From NCBI GenBank assembly GCA_050014195.1, contig JBEKDT010000003.1, positions 192,001-256,000 on the forward strand: a stretch of 64,000 nucleotides of DNA, given 5' to 3'. Below the pieces are notes generated by a model. That model ran no database searches. It worked only from the letters and a program-made list of their open reading frames with translations, and had not been told where the DNA came from. Shown one piece after another: positions 11,341 to 19,694 of the stretch. Position numbers and translations under genes: made by a program. Position 1 is the stretch's first letter, and each line of letters opens with the position of its first letter. The DNA comes from Desulfomonilia bacterium. GTDB taxonomy: Bacteria > Desulfobacterota > Desulfomonilia > UBA1062.

Positions 11341-12456
11341 ATGAAAGCTGTTATTTTAAAACCTGTTATGTGGAATGAAAACGAGTATATCAGTCCCTCT
11401 GGCTATCCAAGTACGAGCGGTTTCGCAAATGCATTCGGATATGGACATGAGGAATGGAATAATAGCCAAAGGCGCATCTGGCGAAGCTATAAGGTCTTTC
11501 ATACTGAATCAACGGATAAATTATTGCAGTACTCTGCCACAGGAGAGCTCGCTATTGTTACAACTGCCTCCTTAAATAGAGCGCAATACGCCATTAGCAT
11601 TGCCACAAACGTCTTTGACAATAATGCAGATGAGCGTAAAATAATAGCGAAAGAGCTTAATGTATATAATGATTGGGTAGAAGTTTGGTCAATTGACAGG
11701 GTTAAGCAGTGTTTCAATAATAATCAACAGCGTTTTCTTGAGCATTGGCAAAGTAACTACGAGTGGATAAGATGGAAATGCCCAATATCTCAATATCACC
11801 ACTTCAATAGACCTGTACTCCTTAACCCTTCATCAATATCTGGTAAGGCTCGTCTCACTTCAATGCATGGTAGATTCCAGGCTATTTATCCAGAGCAATG
11901 TTTGCAAATTATCGGCAGCTACTTACCTGAAAATCATCCCATTTGCGAGTGGCTCTCGAGCAGGGATTTTGATGAGGAAATTATCTCAAAGACTATAAAG
12001 AACTTCCGTTCAACTCATAATATCAGATTGCCTCGTAGTAGGAGTGGATCAAATGCTCCTGCTATAAGGGCATATCAGTATTGGGTGGAAGGAAATCGGA
12101 GCGTAGAACCTCATCATGCGCTCCTACAGGCGAAGTTTGTAAACTACCTGACCTCGAATGCATTATCATATCAAGAAAACATTGATTACATTGACGTCAA
12201 ATACCAGCTAAACGGAATAGATGTTTTAGTAGAAATCAAACCTACTGATAAGATTCAGACCAAGTACGCTATACGCATTGCGATAGGGCAGCTACTTGAG
12301 TATAGATACATAATGAATAGTCAAGCGATTCTTGAGATAGTCCTTGGAAGTAAACCTAGAGATGAAGAGATAGCTTTCGTTAATTCATTAGGAATTTACT
12401 TAACCTACTTGGATTCAAATAGCGGCGATTTTATACGTGCTGGTACTGTCACATAA
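11341..12456 (+). CDS. Hypothetical protein with C-terminal PD-(D/E)xK-like nuclease domain; candidate defence protein
   Basis: C-terminal YIDV...VEIK...AIGQLLEY motif; N-terminal WNENEY..PSG...GYGHEEW domain not recognised; AT-rich relative to flanks. Confidence 0.7.
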   Translation: MKAVILKPVMWNENEYISPSGYPSTSGFANAFGYGHEEWNNSQRRIWRSYKVFHTESTDKLLQYSATGELAIVTTASLNRAQYAISIATNVFDNNADERKIIAKELNVYNDWVEVWSIDRVKQCFNNNQQRFLEHWQSNYEWIRWKCPISQYHHFNRPVLLNPSSISGKARLTSMHGRFQAIYPEQCLQIIGSYLPENHPICEWLSSRDFDEEIISKTIKNFRSTHNIRLPRSRSGSNAPAIRAYQYWVEGNRSVEPHHALLQAKFVNYLTSNALSYQENIDYIDVKYQLNGIDVLVEIKPTDKIQTKYAIRIAIGQLLEYRYIMNSQAILEIVLGSKPRDEEIAFVNSLGIYLTYLDSNSGDFIRAGTVT

Positions 12457-12479
12457 CCATGGCATGCAGGCCGTTGGCA
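12450..12479 (+). other. Truncated attC-like site between the two cargo genes
   Basis: CACATAAC (contains the TAA stop)-CATGGCATGCAG-GCC-GTTGGCA; CACATAAC is the exact reverse complement of GTTATGTG at 11312. Confidence 0.6.
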
Positions 12480-12498
12480 ATAAACAAAGAGTATCCAT

Positions 12499-13377
12499 AT
12501 GAATGTATTTATAAGCTGGTCAGGCGAAGAAAGTAAAGCATATGCAGAGGTATTTCGACAATGGTTGCCTAAAATAATACAGGCCTGCGATCCATTTTAT
12601 TCACCTGAAGACATTAAAGCAGGAATGCGATGGAGTGCAGAAATTGCTGGTAAGCTGCAAGAGACAGAGATTGGCATTCTTTGCCTTACAAGGGATAATC
12701 TTAATGCTCCCTGGTTGATGTTTGAAGCAGGTGCTTTGTCTAAACAACTAGAATCAAGAGTGTGTCCCATTTTGTTCGGTTTAAGTCCAGCGGATATTCA
12801 GGGACCGTTGACTCAATTTCAATTAAATAAGTTTTGTCCCGATGGCGTATATAGAGTACTTTCATCAATAAACGATCTGTCAAAGCCAAATCGGTTATCT
12901 TCGGAGGTTTTAAAAGACTCATTTGACAAATGGTGGCCTGATCTTGACTCAAGTATATCAAAAGCCACACCAATAGTTAGTTCTCCAAGCATAGCCTCTT
13001 TACGAAGTGAACGTGACCTAATTGAAGAAATACTAATCCGAATCAGAAACAGTACCGTCGAGTCACCTATTGATCCAGCCATGGTCAGTATGTTGATAAG
13101 TTGTTTTGGTCGTCTCGCAGATACGCCCCGCTATATAGCAGATTCCAAGAAACAGGAAACGGCATCACACGCACTTTATCATTTTCAGCTCCCAATTCAA
13201 CACCTCATTACACGAATTATCGATACGCACAAACGCCATGAAATGGCTCAAGCTTATGCAGAGGCAATTAATGTTTTCTATAATGGCTCTGTTGATAAAG
13301 ATAAACTCATTGAAAATTTAACGAATCCTTCACATGGCCTGATTACAAGTGCTCCAATCATCCATAAGGCAGATTAA
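12499..13377 (+). CDS. TIR-domain protein with unrecognised C-terminal region
   Basis: VFISWSG, DIKAGMRW, GILCLT, PWLMFEAGAL (putative catalytic Glu), VCPILF, PLTQFQ. Confidence 0.88.
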   Translation: MNVFISWSGEESKAYAEVFRQWLPKIIQACDPFYSPEDIKAGMRWSAEIAGKLQETEIGILCLTRDNLNAPWLMFEAGALSKQLESRVCPILFGLSPADIQGPLTQFQLNKFCPDGVYRVLSSINDLSKPNRLSSEVLKDSFDKWWPDLDSSISKATPIVSSPSIASLRSERDLIEEILIRIRNSTVESPIDPAMVSMLISCFGRLADTPRYIADSKKQETASHALYHFQLPIQHLITRIIDTHKRHEMAQAYAEAINVFYNGSVDKDKLIENLTNPSHGLITSAPIIHKAD

Positions 13378-13441
13378 AATTACAGACCATATTTTTTAAA
13401 AGCGGGCGGATGGCCTGGAAAAGATATAAATCTATGGGTGG

Positions 13442-13471
13442 CACGGGCGAAGCCCGAAGGGCTTGCCCGTG
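13442..13471. repeat. REP-like palindrome
   Basis: CACGGGC(G)AAGCCC-GAA-GGGCTTGCCCGTG preceded by GGGTGG. Confidence 0.6.
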
Positions 13472-13510
13472 GGACATAGTAATAGTTAACGCCTTGCTTT
13501 TACTGCTCAG

Positions 13511-13773
13511 GTTTTTTTAGCCCCCCTCGAAACAGGCGAGGAGCGCAGGGAAAATCCGTAAAGAAGCAAGCCCATGTTTGATGCGATACATCCATGTATC
13601 GCACCCTGACGGGCGCACGTAAAGTGCGTCCAATTCTGCTATCCCTGCAGAATTGTGAGCGAAGCGAGTTGGCTTGCTTTAAGGATTTTCCCGAGCACCG
13701 CAGCGGACCCCGAAGGGGCTGTTTCGTTGGGTGCCTTTTCTTTGGTGACTTTCTTTGCACAAAAAGAAAGTAA
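13511..13773 (-). repeat. Structured non-coding element, copy B (inverted relative to A; one nested mini-element)
   Basis: Long-range stems CGAAACAG/CTGTTTCG, GGGAAAATCC/GGATTTTCCC, GCAAGCC/GGCTTGC and terminal hairpin ACTTTCTTT/AAAGAAAGT. Confidence 0.8.
13579..13655 (-). mobile_element. 77-nt four-hairpin mini-element, copy 3
   Basis: Interrupts CTTCGCTCA^AACA, which is intact in copy A. Confidence 0.75.
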
Positions 13774-14242
13774 CAATGTAAGCAAATATGAATGCCCAAA
13801 TCTAACCCTCAGTTACTAAAGATTTAATCACGGTAAATCATTTTAAGAATATTAATTATTATCTCCATTAAAACAGCAATACCACTAATAACATTATAGC
13901 TAATTTAACTAGATAAATCAATTAACAAGAGCTTTACCTCTCAAAAAAGGGCATGTCGATAAAGTATTGAAGGTAGACCTAAGACGATTCCTAACTCAAG
14001 AAAATAATTGTTGGATTCATGCACGGTTTAATAACAATAAGTAACATATTGATTATATGATCATAGTTGCTATTATGGAATGCATGCATCTTTGAGGGTA
14101 ATCTATTTAAATAGAAATGTAGTGAAAGTAATTATGCCCTGTTTCATCTGAATAATTAATAAGGTGATATTGCAGGGACAGACTCCTGGACAAACGAAAG
14201 GTATTCTTATATATGTTGGTTAACCCGACACAAGGTGATCTC

Positions 14243-14821
14243 ATGGATAAGCGGAATGCATTTTCATCAAATCATGTTGCCAAGGCGTTGAATATTGAGC
14301 CGGAGAGGCTGCGTCAATGGATAAGGCTTGGGTTTGTCACGCCGAATACCCCGGCGAAAGGCCAGGGCAGCCGGGGGATCTTTACGCGTGGAGATGTCTA
14401 CTCTGTGGAACTTTTCAGGCGGCTTTTGGACTTGGGAATAGCGAGATCGTTCGCGGCATCGCTCTCCCGGGTGTACTCTGTCCCCCGTAGATATTTTAGC
14501 CTCAGCGAGGAGACGGGACGGCCCATTGAAAAATCTAAAGAAGATGATGCTTCTGAAGAGAGTTTGATTGAGGCCGGGGATATCCTCTGCATCGTCTTTC
14601 ACAATGATCCGAAGTTCCCGGAAGTCAAGCTGTTGACCCCGACCGCGATCCTGGCTGTTGTTGGGACCAAGATCCTGAAAAAGGAGCAGAGGGAAAAAAC
14701 AACTTTCGAGGACCTGATTTCCTCGAAGAGGGATCTGCTCGGCAAGGGAGAGTGGACGCGCATGCTCGCTGTGAACTTGAAAAAATTGCGTGATGAGATC
14801 GATGCAGGATTGCCGGACTAA
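14243..14821 (+). CDS. MerR-like/excisionase-like HTH DNA-binding protein
   Basis: N-terminal FSSNHVAKALNIEPERLRQWIRLGFVTP...RGIFTRGDV winged HTH; C-terminal part unrecognised. Confidence 0.7.
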   Translation: MDKRNAFSSNHVAKALNIEPERLRQWIRLGFVTPNTPAKGQGSRGIFTRGDVYSVELFRRLLDLGIARSFAASLSRVYSVPRRYFSLSEETGRPIEKSKEDDASEESLIEAGDILCIVFHNDPKFPEVKLLTPTAILAVVGTKILKKEQREKTTFEDLISSKRDLLGKGEWTRMLAVNLKKLRDEIDAGLPD

Positions 14822-15051
14822 GGATTACGGGAGGATATTTTTTGATTATTGCCGTCATCCCGGCATTAGGCATGCAATCTATCCGGACCTTTTAAATATT
14901 TGCAGTGACGGCGAAATGACTGGTGGCAAATTTTTCTTACAAAGCCAGGTATAATCTGCGATTCCGCTCGATTTCTTTGATGAAAAAAAGGCAGATCTTT
15001 TTTCTGTGCATGCAAGTGAATCTCTTTTATATGAAGAATTGCCGTCTGTCT

Positions 15052-15552
15052 TCATCCCTTACCCTCGTTCTCCTGATGGGCAGCCTCACTGCGTATTTCC
15101 TGCTGCCTGAGCTCCCTGCGCGCCTGAGCCTCCTTGCAACGCCTAGCCTGTTCGTTGTTCTCGACGATCAGAGGCGGGACCTTCATGGGCTTTGAGCCGG
15201 AATCCAGGGCAACATAGGTCAGGTAGGCCGATGCCGTATGCCGCACCTCTCCAGTCAGGAGATCTTCGGCCTCCACCCGCACGCCCACCTCCATGGATGT
15301 TTTGCCGACCATGTTTATGCTTGCCTTGAGCGTAATGAGGTTCCCGATGTAGACCGGGTTGTGGAAATGCAGACGGTCGATGGATGCCGTGACGACATTG
15401 CTGCGGGCATGCCTTGCTGCAACCGATCCCCCGGCATTATCGATGAGTTTCATGATTACCCCGCCATGGACATTCCCGGCGGGATTGGCGTCTTCCGGGG
15501 TCATCAGCTGCGCCATCGTAATCATGCTTTCACTTACCGTTTTTCCCTTCAT
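15052..15552 (-). CDS. Acyl-CoA thioesterase (hotdog fold, YciA-like)
   Basis: DANPAGNVHGGVIMKLID, VVTASID, GKTSMEVGV, TYVALD. Confidence 0.92.
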   Translation of the reverse strand: MKGKTVSESMITMAQLMTPEDANPAGNVHGGVIMKLIDNAGGSVAARHARSNVVTASIDRLHFHNPVYIGNLITLKASINMVGKTSMEVGVRVEAEDLLTGEVRHTASAYLTYVALDSGSKPMKVPPLIVENNEQARRCKEAQARRELRQQEIRSEAAHQENEGKG

Positions 15553-15804
15553 AGCATTTACCTCTCTGTCCAATAGGTGCTTAGGTTTATTCCCGCAAAG
15601 CAGCCGGGTCAAGCATTGCTTTTTTTATCGGGAATTTGACTTAAGGCATCTCACGAGGGTATCATTACCCTGGGAGAAATAGAGGCATGTTTGAGATACT
15701 ATCCCCAATGGCGGGGATGAAAGCGTGAGGAGGAACATGTGTAAAGGCCGATATGGGGGCATTTCGTATGGTGAAACCGCCGGTTCATCTCTGATTGATC
15801 TTCC

Positions 15805-17181
15805 ATGAGCAGGGTCATCTTCCTCACACACCCGACCATGGGACACCTGAACAGTCTTCTGTCAATCGCCCTGAAGCTCAGGGAGAATGGGCATGATGTG
15901 CAGTTCATCGTGCCAGGGTCAAACCTCGCGGACCCAAGGATCAAGATGTTCAAGGTGTTCTATAATGGGAAAGTCGTTCCGGAGAAGATCCGTTCACATG
16001 GCATCCCCATCCGCCTGCTTTTCCCCCCGCTGCCATACATATACTTTGCAGCAAGGCTTCCATCGACCAAGAGATTTGAAGAGACAAAAATGGCGCTGCG
16101 TCTTTTCAGCTCTGGACTGAAAAGCTACACAAGACGCGTAAACAGGCTTGTACAAAAATTCCGGCCCGATATGATAGTGGCCGATTTCTTTTTCTATGCC
16201 GCGCCATTGGTGGCTGAAATGAATGCGTTACCCTATGCTGCCATCTACCACTGCGGGCTCCCCTTTGCAGGGAAAGACGTCCCGCCGTTCGGCAGCGGCC
16301 TCCCGGTATCCGCTCAGGATACACCGCTGATGAGATCATACAAGAAAAAGGAGCAGGAGCTGTGCGGCAGGCTCAATGCGACGATCAACAGGGCGAGACA
16401 AACCTTTTCCCTGAGGCCTGTCGTCAATGACATGCTGAAGTCGCCGCATTCCCCATGGCTCAACCTCATCGTAACCCATGAGTCCATTGACATCCCGCGT
16501 GACGGACTCGATCCCCACACGGTCTACGTAGGGCCCATATTCATGAACATGGGGATGAACAGATCCTCCTTCCCTTATGAAGACTTGAGAAATGACCAGT
16601 ACAAGATCTATGTCTCTTTAGGGACGGTGTTCAATGACAAGCCGAAGACCTATCTCGAAATCATCGAGGCCCTGCAGGGGAATCCGGACTACCAGATCAT
16701 CGTGAGCGCAGGAGGCTCTTACGAAGCGGTTGCCAAGAAGGACCATAACAGGAATGTCATGCTCTTTCGGTCCGTCCCCCAGGCCGAGCTGCTGAGCCGT
16801 GTGGATCTTGTCATCAGTCATGGGGGCAACAACACCCTGAATGAAACGCTCTATCATGGCAAGCCGGTCATTGTTCTCCCGGTGGGTGGTGAGCAGCATG
16901 ACAATGCATCAAGGATCGAGTTTCTCAGGCTGGGATGCCGCCTTGACATGGACTCGCTGAGCGGTGAGGCTCTCCGCAGCACAGTCGAGAATATCAGGAA
17001 CAACACGGAAATGAGCCGGCGTCTCAAGGATGTAAGCGAAGAGCTCATGAAATCGGACGGCACAACATCTTCAGTGCGGTTGATCGAGTGGGTTATGGAG
17101 CACAGGAGGCCCTTTGCAAGAAAACATCATCTGCCCCGAACCATCCCCAAACTCATGCTCGATCAATATCTTGAGGATTGA
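15805..17181 (+). CDS. Family 1 (MGT/UGT-like) glycosyltransferase
   Basis: GHLNSLLSIA N-terminus, YVSLGT, VPQAELL...ISHGGNNTLNE...PVGGEQ UDP-binding signature. Confidence 0.88.
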   Translation: MSRVIFLTHPTMGHLNSLLSIALKLRENGHDVQFIVPGSNLADPRIKMFKVFYNGKVVPEKIRSHGIPIRLLFPPLPYIYFAARLPSTKRFEETKMALRLFSSGLKSYTRRVNRLVQKFRPDMIVADFFFYAAPLVAEMNALPYAAIYHCGLPFAGKDVPPFGSGLPVSAQDTPLMRSYKKKEQELCGRLNATINRARQTFSLRPVVNDMLKSPHSPWLNLIVTHESIDIPRDGLDPHTVYVGPIFMNMGMNRSSFPYEDLRNDQYKIYVSLGTVFNDKPKTYLEIIEALQGNPDYQIIVSAGGSYEAVAKKDHNRNVMLFRSVPQAELLSRVDLVISHGGNNTLNETLYHGKPVIVLPVGGEQHDNASRIEFLRLGCRLDMDSLSGEALRSTVENIRNNTEMSRRLKDVSEELMKSDGTTSSVRLIEWVMEHRRPFARKHHLPRTIPKLMLDQYLED

Positions 17182-17267
17182 AAGTTATATTTCCCCTCAT
17201 ACACAAAAAAATACGGTATAATAATTGATGGGCGCCAGGCTTTATAATCAACGCGAAAGGACGTTTT

Positions 17268-17801
17268 ATGCGCACAAACATCGTTCTCACCCTTACCGGT
17301 ACCGACCGGACCGGGATCGTAGAAGAAATCACGAAATTACTGCTCGATCTCGGCGGCAATGTGGAAACCAGTCGCATGGCCCGGCTGGGTGGCGAGTTTG
17401 CCGTTTTGATGCTGGTATCCATGCCTGCAGAGAAACTGGCCGACCTGGACAAACGCATACAGGCCCTTATACGCCAGGGATTCAAGGTGACAACCGTGCG
17501 CACAGAATTTACCTATGCCGAAGCCCATGCCGGCTGGTTGCCTTACCAGATTGAAGTCCTTGGAGCGGATCACGAAGGCATCATCCACGAGATTGCCCAC
17601 ACCCTTTCACAATGCGGCATTAATATTGAGTCCATGGATACGGAGACGACCCGGGCACCGAACAGCGGTGCCCCGTTGTTTTCCATGACCGCTCTTGTCG
17701 TTGCACCGCCAAACCTGACGCGCAAAAACCTGGTGGCTGCCCTCAAAGATGCGGGACATCGTCTCCAGGTGGACATCAAGGTGTCGGCTGCAGCAAGGTA
17801 A
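17268..17801 (+). CDS. GcvR-like double ACT domain protein
   Basis: GTDRTGIV and GADHEGII ACT motifs, APLFSM. Confidence 0.88.
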   Translation: MRTNIVLTLTGTDRTGIVEEITKLLLDLGGNVETSRMARLGGEFAVLMLVSMPAEKLADLDKRIQALIRQGFKVTTVRTEFTYAEAHAGWLPYQIEVLGADHEGIIHEIAHTLSQCGINIESMDTETTRAPNSGAPLFSMTALVVAPPNLTRKNLVAALKDAGHRLQVDIKVSAAAR

Positions 17802-17892
17802 TGATAGTGGGGGGATGAGCCGATTTCCCGGGTGGAATAAAGGGTATCATTTTATCCGGAAATAAGGTGCTGATCGCAGTACGAAAGACACG

Positions 17893-18783
17893 ATGAACAA
17901 AGGAACCTGGTATGCCATTGGGGCATATGCCCTCTGGGGCCTGCTGCCCATATATTGGAAGTGGCTGCATCATGTCCCGGCAACGCAGGTGCTCTGCCAT
18001 CGGATCTTCTGGTCGTTCCTGACCCTGTTCATCATCATCCTTCTCTTGCGCCAGTGGAACGCATTCCGGCTGGCCCTTGCCAACCCGCGCGTGTTGTGCG
18101 CATACACCGGAGCTGCATGCCTGATAAGCATCAACTGGCTCACCTACATCTGGGCAGTGGGGGCCGGGTTCATCATAGAGACCAGCCTGGGGTACTTCAT
18201 CAACCCATTGCTCAGTGTTCTCCTGGGTGTCGTCATCTTCCGTGAACGCCTCAGGACGTGGCAATGGATCTCTATCACCCTGGCGGCTGCAGGCGTTGTG
18301 TATCTGACAATCGTCTATGGATCCCTGCCCTGGATTGCATTAACCCTTGCCGTCACCTTCGGCCTCTATGGCCTGGTCAAGAAGATTTCCCCGCTCGGCT
18401 CGCTCTACGGCCTGACCCTGGAGACAGGCGTCCTACTTCTGCCGGCATTCATATTCCTGCTCTATTCCGACAAGGCCGGGAATGGATCGTTCCTTCATGC
18501 CGGTATTATCTCCGATATCCTGCTTGCAGGAGCAGGGGTCATTACCGTTGTGCCCCTGCTGCTGTTCTCGTCGGCAGCCAGGCGCATCCCGCTCTCGCTC
18601 ATCGGCATATTGCAGTACATTGCCCCTACACTCCAGTTCCTCCTTGGGGTGTTTGTTTATAGTGAACCCTTTACAACCGCAAAGTTCATCGGCTTTGGGA
18701 TTGTATGGATCGCGCTCATCATCTATGGGGTGGAAGGCCTCATGGTCTACAGGGAACAGATGTTTCCCGTAGTGTCGGAATAG
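17893..18783 (+). CDS. rarD: RarD (EamA/DMT) permease
   Basis: WGLLPIYW, ETSLGYFINPL, YGLVKK, LQYIAPTLQF. Confidence 0.93.
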   Translation: MNKGTWYAIGAYALWGLLPIYWKWLHHVPATQVLCHRIFWSFLTLFIIILLLRQWNAFRLALANPRVLCAYTGAACLISINWLTYIWAVGAGFIIETSLGYFINPLLSVLLGVVIFRERLRTWQWISITLAAAGVVYLTIVYGSLPWIALTLAVTFGLYGLVKKISPLGSLYGLTLETGVLLLPAFIFLLYSDKAGNGSFLHAGIISDILLAGAGVITVVPLLLFSSAARRIPLSLIGILQYIAPTLQFLLGVFVYSEPFTTAKFIGFGIVWIALIIYGVEGLMVYREQMFPVVSE

Positions 18784-18880
18784 GCTGGCGTATGTTCCTT
18801 CTCCTTGGGACGGATCTTATTACATGGGTTATTCACCGTGGAGTCGACAACCGCGAACGACAATCCCAATGGGCTTTTTC

Positions 18881-19693
18881 CTATACAATGCCCTTAAGGA
18901 AGCCCACTGCATTGTCGAAGATGGCCATGCCCTCGCCCCTATCCGGCAGGGTTTTCATCCTTGTCCAGCAGGGGTGGTTTGTTGCATGGGTATAGGCCTC
19001 GGGGTGCGGCATGAGTCCGAAGATCCGGCCTGTCTTGTCGCAGATGCCGGCAATGGCGGATATTGCCCCGTTGGGGTTAAAGGGATATTCCATGGTAGGG
19101 GAGAATTGATCATCGGCATACTGAACCGTTATCAGGTTGGCCTTTGTGATCTCTGAGAGCGTTTCCTCGTTGTCACACACAAACTTGCCCTCGCCGTGAC
19201 GGACCGGCACGGGTAGATGGTCAATCCCTTTTGTAAATACACAGGGGCTTAACGGGTTCACCTTCAGGGTTATCCAGCGGTCCTCGAACTTGGCAGAGTC
19301 GTTGAAGGTGAGCGACACCCTCCTCTTTCCGAGCGGGTTGCCGGGCAGGATGCCCGACTTCACCATGGCCTGGAAGCCGTTGCAGACCCCCAGGATGAGC
19401 ATACCCCGGCTTATGAAGGTCTCGATCTCCTCGAACAGGGTCTTTCTGGATGTCTTTACACGCGCATGTTTCAGGCGGACACTTTCCACCTGGGCGGAGC
19501 CGAGGTCATCGCCGTCGAGGAATCCGCCGGGGAGGTTGAGGAAATGATAATCATTGATTTTATAGGTGCCGCTCAAGACCTCGCTGATGTGGGCGATATC
19601 GGTCCGAGCGCCTGCGAGCCTGCAGGCGTAAGCCATCTCCATCTCGCAGTTGGTTCCGTATCCGGTTATGACAAGCGCCTTTATCGTAGCCAT
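18881..19693 (-). CDS. purQ: Phosphoribosylformylglycinamidine synthase glutaminase subunit
   Basis: GYGTNCE, PGGFLDGD, GVCNGFQ, HGEG, NPNG, MPHPE. Confidence 0.95.
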   Translation of the reverse strand: MATIKALVITGYGTNCEMEMAYACRLAGARTDIAHISEVLSGTYKINDYHFLNLPGGFLDGDDLGSAQVESVRLKHARVKTSRKTLFEEIETFISRGMLILGVCNGFQAMVKSGILPGNPLGKRRVSLTFNDSAKFEDRWITLKVNPLSPCVFTKGIDHLPVPVRHGEGKFVCDNEETLSEITKANLITVQYADDQFSPTMEYPFNPNGAISAIAGICDKTGRIFGLMPHPEAYTHATNHPCWTRMKTLPDRGEGMAIFDNAVGFLKGIV

Positions 19694-19694
19694 A

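Noticed and set aside
13500-13799. 99-aa ORF on the - strand
   Set aside because: Coincides with structured element copy B and its nested insert
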